Origin: Chthoniobacteraceae bacterium
GTDB lineage: Bacteria; Verrucomicrobiota; Verrucomicrobiia; Chthoniobacterales; Chthoniobacteraceae
Reading direction: 5' to 3'
Assembly: GCA_040081625.1 (NCBI GenBank)
Contig: JBEBGD010000020.1
Span: forward strand, 1-64,000
Length of the DNA: 64,000 nt
How positions within the stretch are numbered: position 1 is the first letter of the stretch; every line of letters starts with the position of its first letter. Below are positions 63,601 through 64,000 of this stretch, one piece after another. Under the pieces are notes generated by a model, which was not told where the DNA came from, made no database searches, and saw only the letters and a program-made list of their open reading frames with translations. Made by a program: the position numbers and the translations under genes.

Positions 63601-64000
63601 GCCTCCGCAACGAAGCGCACGAGTTCATCCGCCGCTGAACCGTCGAGCATCACCTTCATTGCCACCGTGCGCTCGATCGCCGCTTCCTTCGCGTTGAGGA
63701 TTGCGCCCATGCCGCCCTGCGCGACCACGCCGCCGATGTCGTATTTCTTCTCGCGCAGGATTTCCTCCGGCAGCAGCGCGCGCGTCGTCTCCGCGCTCGG
63801 CGTGAGCGTCGCGTCGGGCACGACCGTCTTCACGCGCCGCAGCTCGATCGCCACGCTGCCGGCCTGGATTTTTTGATTCGGCCAAAGCCGCACGTTGCCG
63901 CTCACGATCGTGCCGTTCACCTTCGTCCCATTCGCCGAGCTGAGGTCTTCGATCAGCGCGTGGTCGAAGTTGATCGTCAGCCTCGCGTGCTCGCGCGACA
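60684..64000 (-). CDS. FHA + Ser/Thr kinase + TM + WD40-repeat protein (5' end beyond the window)
   Basis: Frame stays open to the edge: SREHARL...EDLSSANGTKVNG (FHA signature); HRDLKPEN, DWG and GTPQYMAPE; WD40 'AHDAGITALAWHP...IRLWN'. Confidence 0.9.
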   Translation of the reverse strand, partial: SREHARLTINFDHALIEDLSSANGTKVNGTIVSGNVRLWPNQKIQAGSVAIELRRVKTVVPDATLTPSAETTRALLPEEILREKKYDIGGVVAQGGMGAILNAKEAAIERTVAMKVMLDGSAADELVRFVAEAKVTGQLEHPNIVPVHELGVDENGQVFYTMKFVRGITLRKVLELLAGGEAPTLEKYPLATLLTIFQKVCDAVAFAHSKGVIHRDLKPENIMLGDFGEVLVMDWGLAKVLKPESGKRKAESDAASDLSGIRSPLSDFGTATMTGSIMGTPQYMAPEQARGEVEQLDERADIYALGAILYHVLALRPSVTGEDAYAIVERVARGEIDPLPKAARAIPDSLAAVVREAMALEKTHRYASVADLQADITAFQNGFATSAEHAGLVKQVALLIRRHRGIFATAAAAWLLITVLAVWFVVNLRAKEKRAVAGEAVAVQEKEAARRSSARANLALAEAAQREGNGPGMQAALGEVPENLRDSTWHYLLAQSDTSLARIRTSTTDIGGVAAHPTQAGVFAVADRAGKITLLDMRTGARLLEFAPGFKKIDPTLRLAFSPDGERIAIGQWGRDGGIVIHGARDGEVLATWAAPPTSRLEFSPDGKSLLQGAQNQPGLGMWDADTGQLRWRLEVAGDWKMGRWMPDGQSVLTFDFRDKLRLIKASDGSLVRPLSKESVFSFAVHPVGRMVVLALRGGAVQGIRMADGAVLFENKLPDRRGSRLAFTADGTRFLHMTTLTDGRQALLLCDAETGEPAQTLFGGSGPIDDAAVHPLSGELLVAGPNARAWDLVGTPPKWKSARGNSALVFWTSDDVIFARHNAVESAVLNLQASSPAVLWRSPEGAYHEFSVSKDLRLAAIGVPMAKRPILLLRFSGSAVEQVATIQLSYSLRKLRLSPDGSRLLSAEASGGLRIYDTATGVDVAKVDRTGVQAFNDLGWLDGQQFLGLVTAGAARGESGSEEKLVVWDAATGRIARTVTHHTAMDALAIAPDGRRFAEAGADRCVRIRNAATLAVEREFRAHDAGITALAWHPTEPIVATASADLSIRLWNIETGRRLEELRGPLATPDTLAFSPSGQRLGCAAKGDGGYIWEPPSLRKEPPP
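63195..63276. repeat. Imperfect heptamer-repeat hairpin inside the kinase CDS
   Basis: GAAATCGGAGAGC...(GCTTTCC)x3 GCTCTCCGGTTTC; outer arms match 12/13. Confidence 0.7.

Overview
High-GC bacterial window with about 29 protein-coding genes. Gene content (PVC-type heme proteins, Ser/Thr kinase-ECF pair, futalosine-pathway mqnC, long LepB) points by inference to Verrucomicrobiota, probably Chthoniobacter-like. No rRNA, tRNA, CRISPR array, transposase or reverse transcriptase was recognised. 0.4-9.6 kb is a surface-glycan cluster (two GT-C, GT2, two GT4, DegT aminotransferase, FkbM methyltransferase, Wzx-like flippase). 9.6-25.6 kb holds housekeeping and transport genes (cutA, mnmA, oppBC-like, comEC, ABC parts), a PVC-type heme protein and a zincin peptidase + ATP-grasp pair. 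25.6-58 kb is an accessory block of four large secreted proteins around a Ser/Thr kinase-ECF sigma operon. 58-64 kb holds mqnC, lepB and an FHA-kinase-WD40 gene running off the edge. Best candidate system (33.4-45.4 kb): two adjacent secreted di-heme proteins with carbohydrate-binding modules. Each is preceded by the same 31-bp ECF-type promoter (GTAACG-N13-TTGCGTAAAGCC) exactly 4 nt before an ATG, both share a C-terminal tail, and they are divergent from the kinase-ECF operon. The other two giant proteins share a different, ~340-380 aa Lys-rich C-terminal domain. Small palindromic elements sit in-frame inside two coding sequences. All domain names come from motif recognition by eye, not from database searches.
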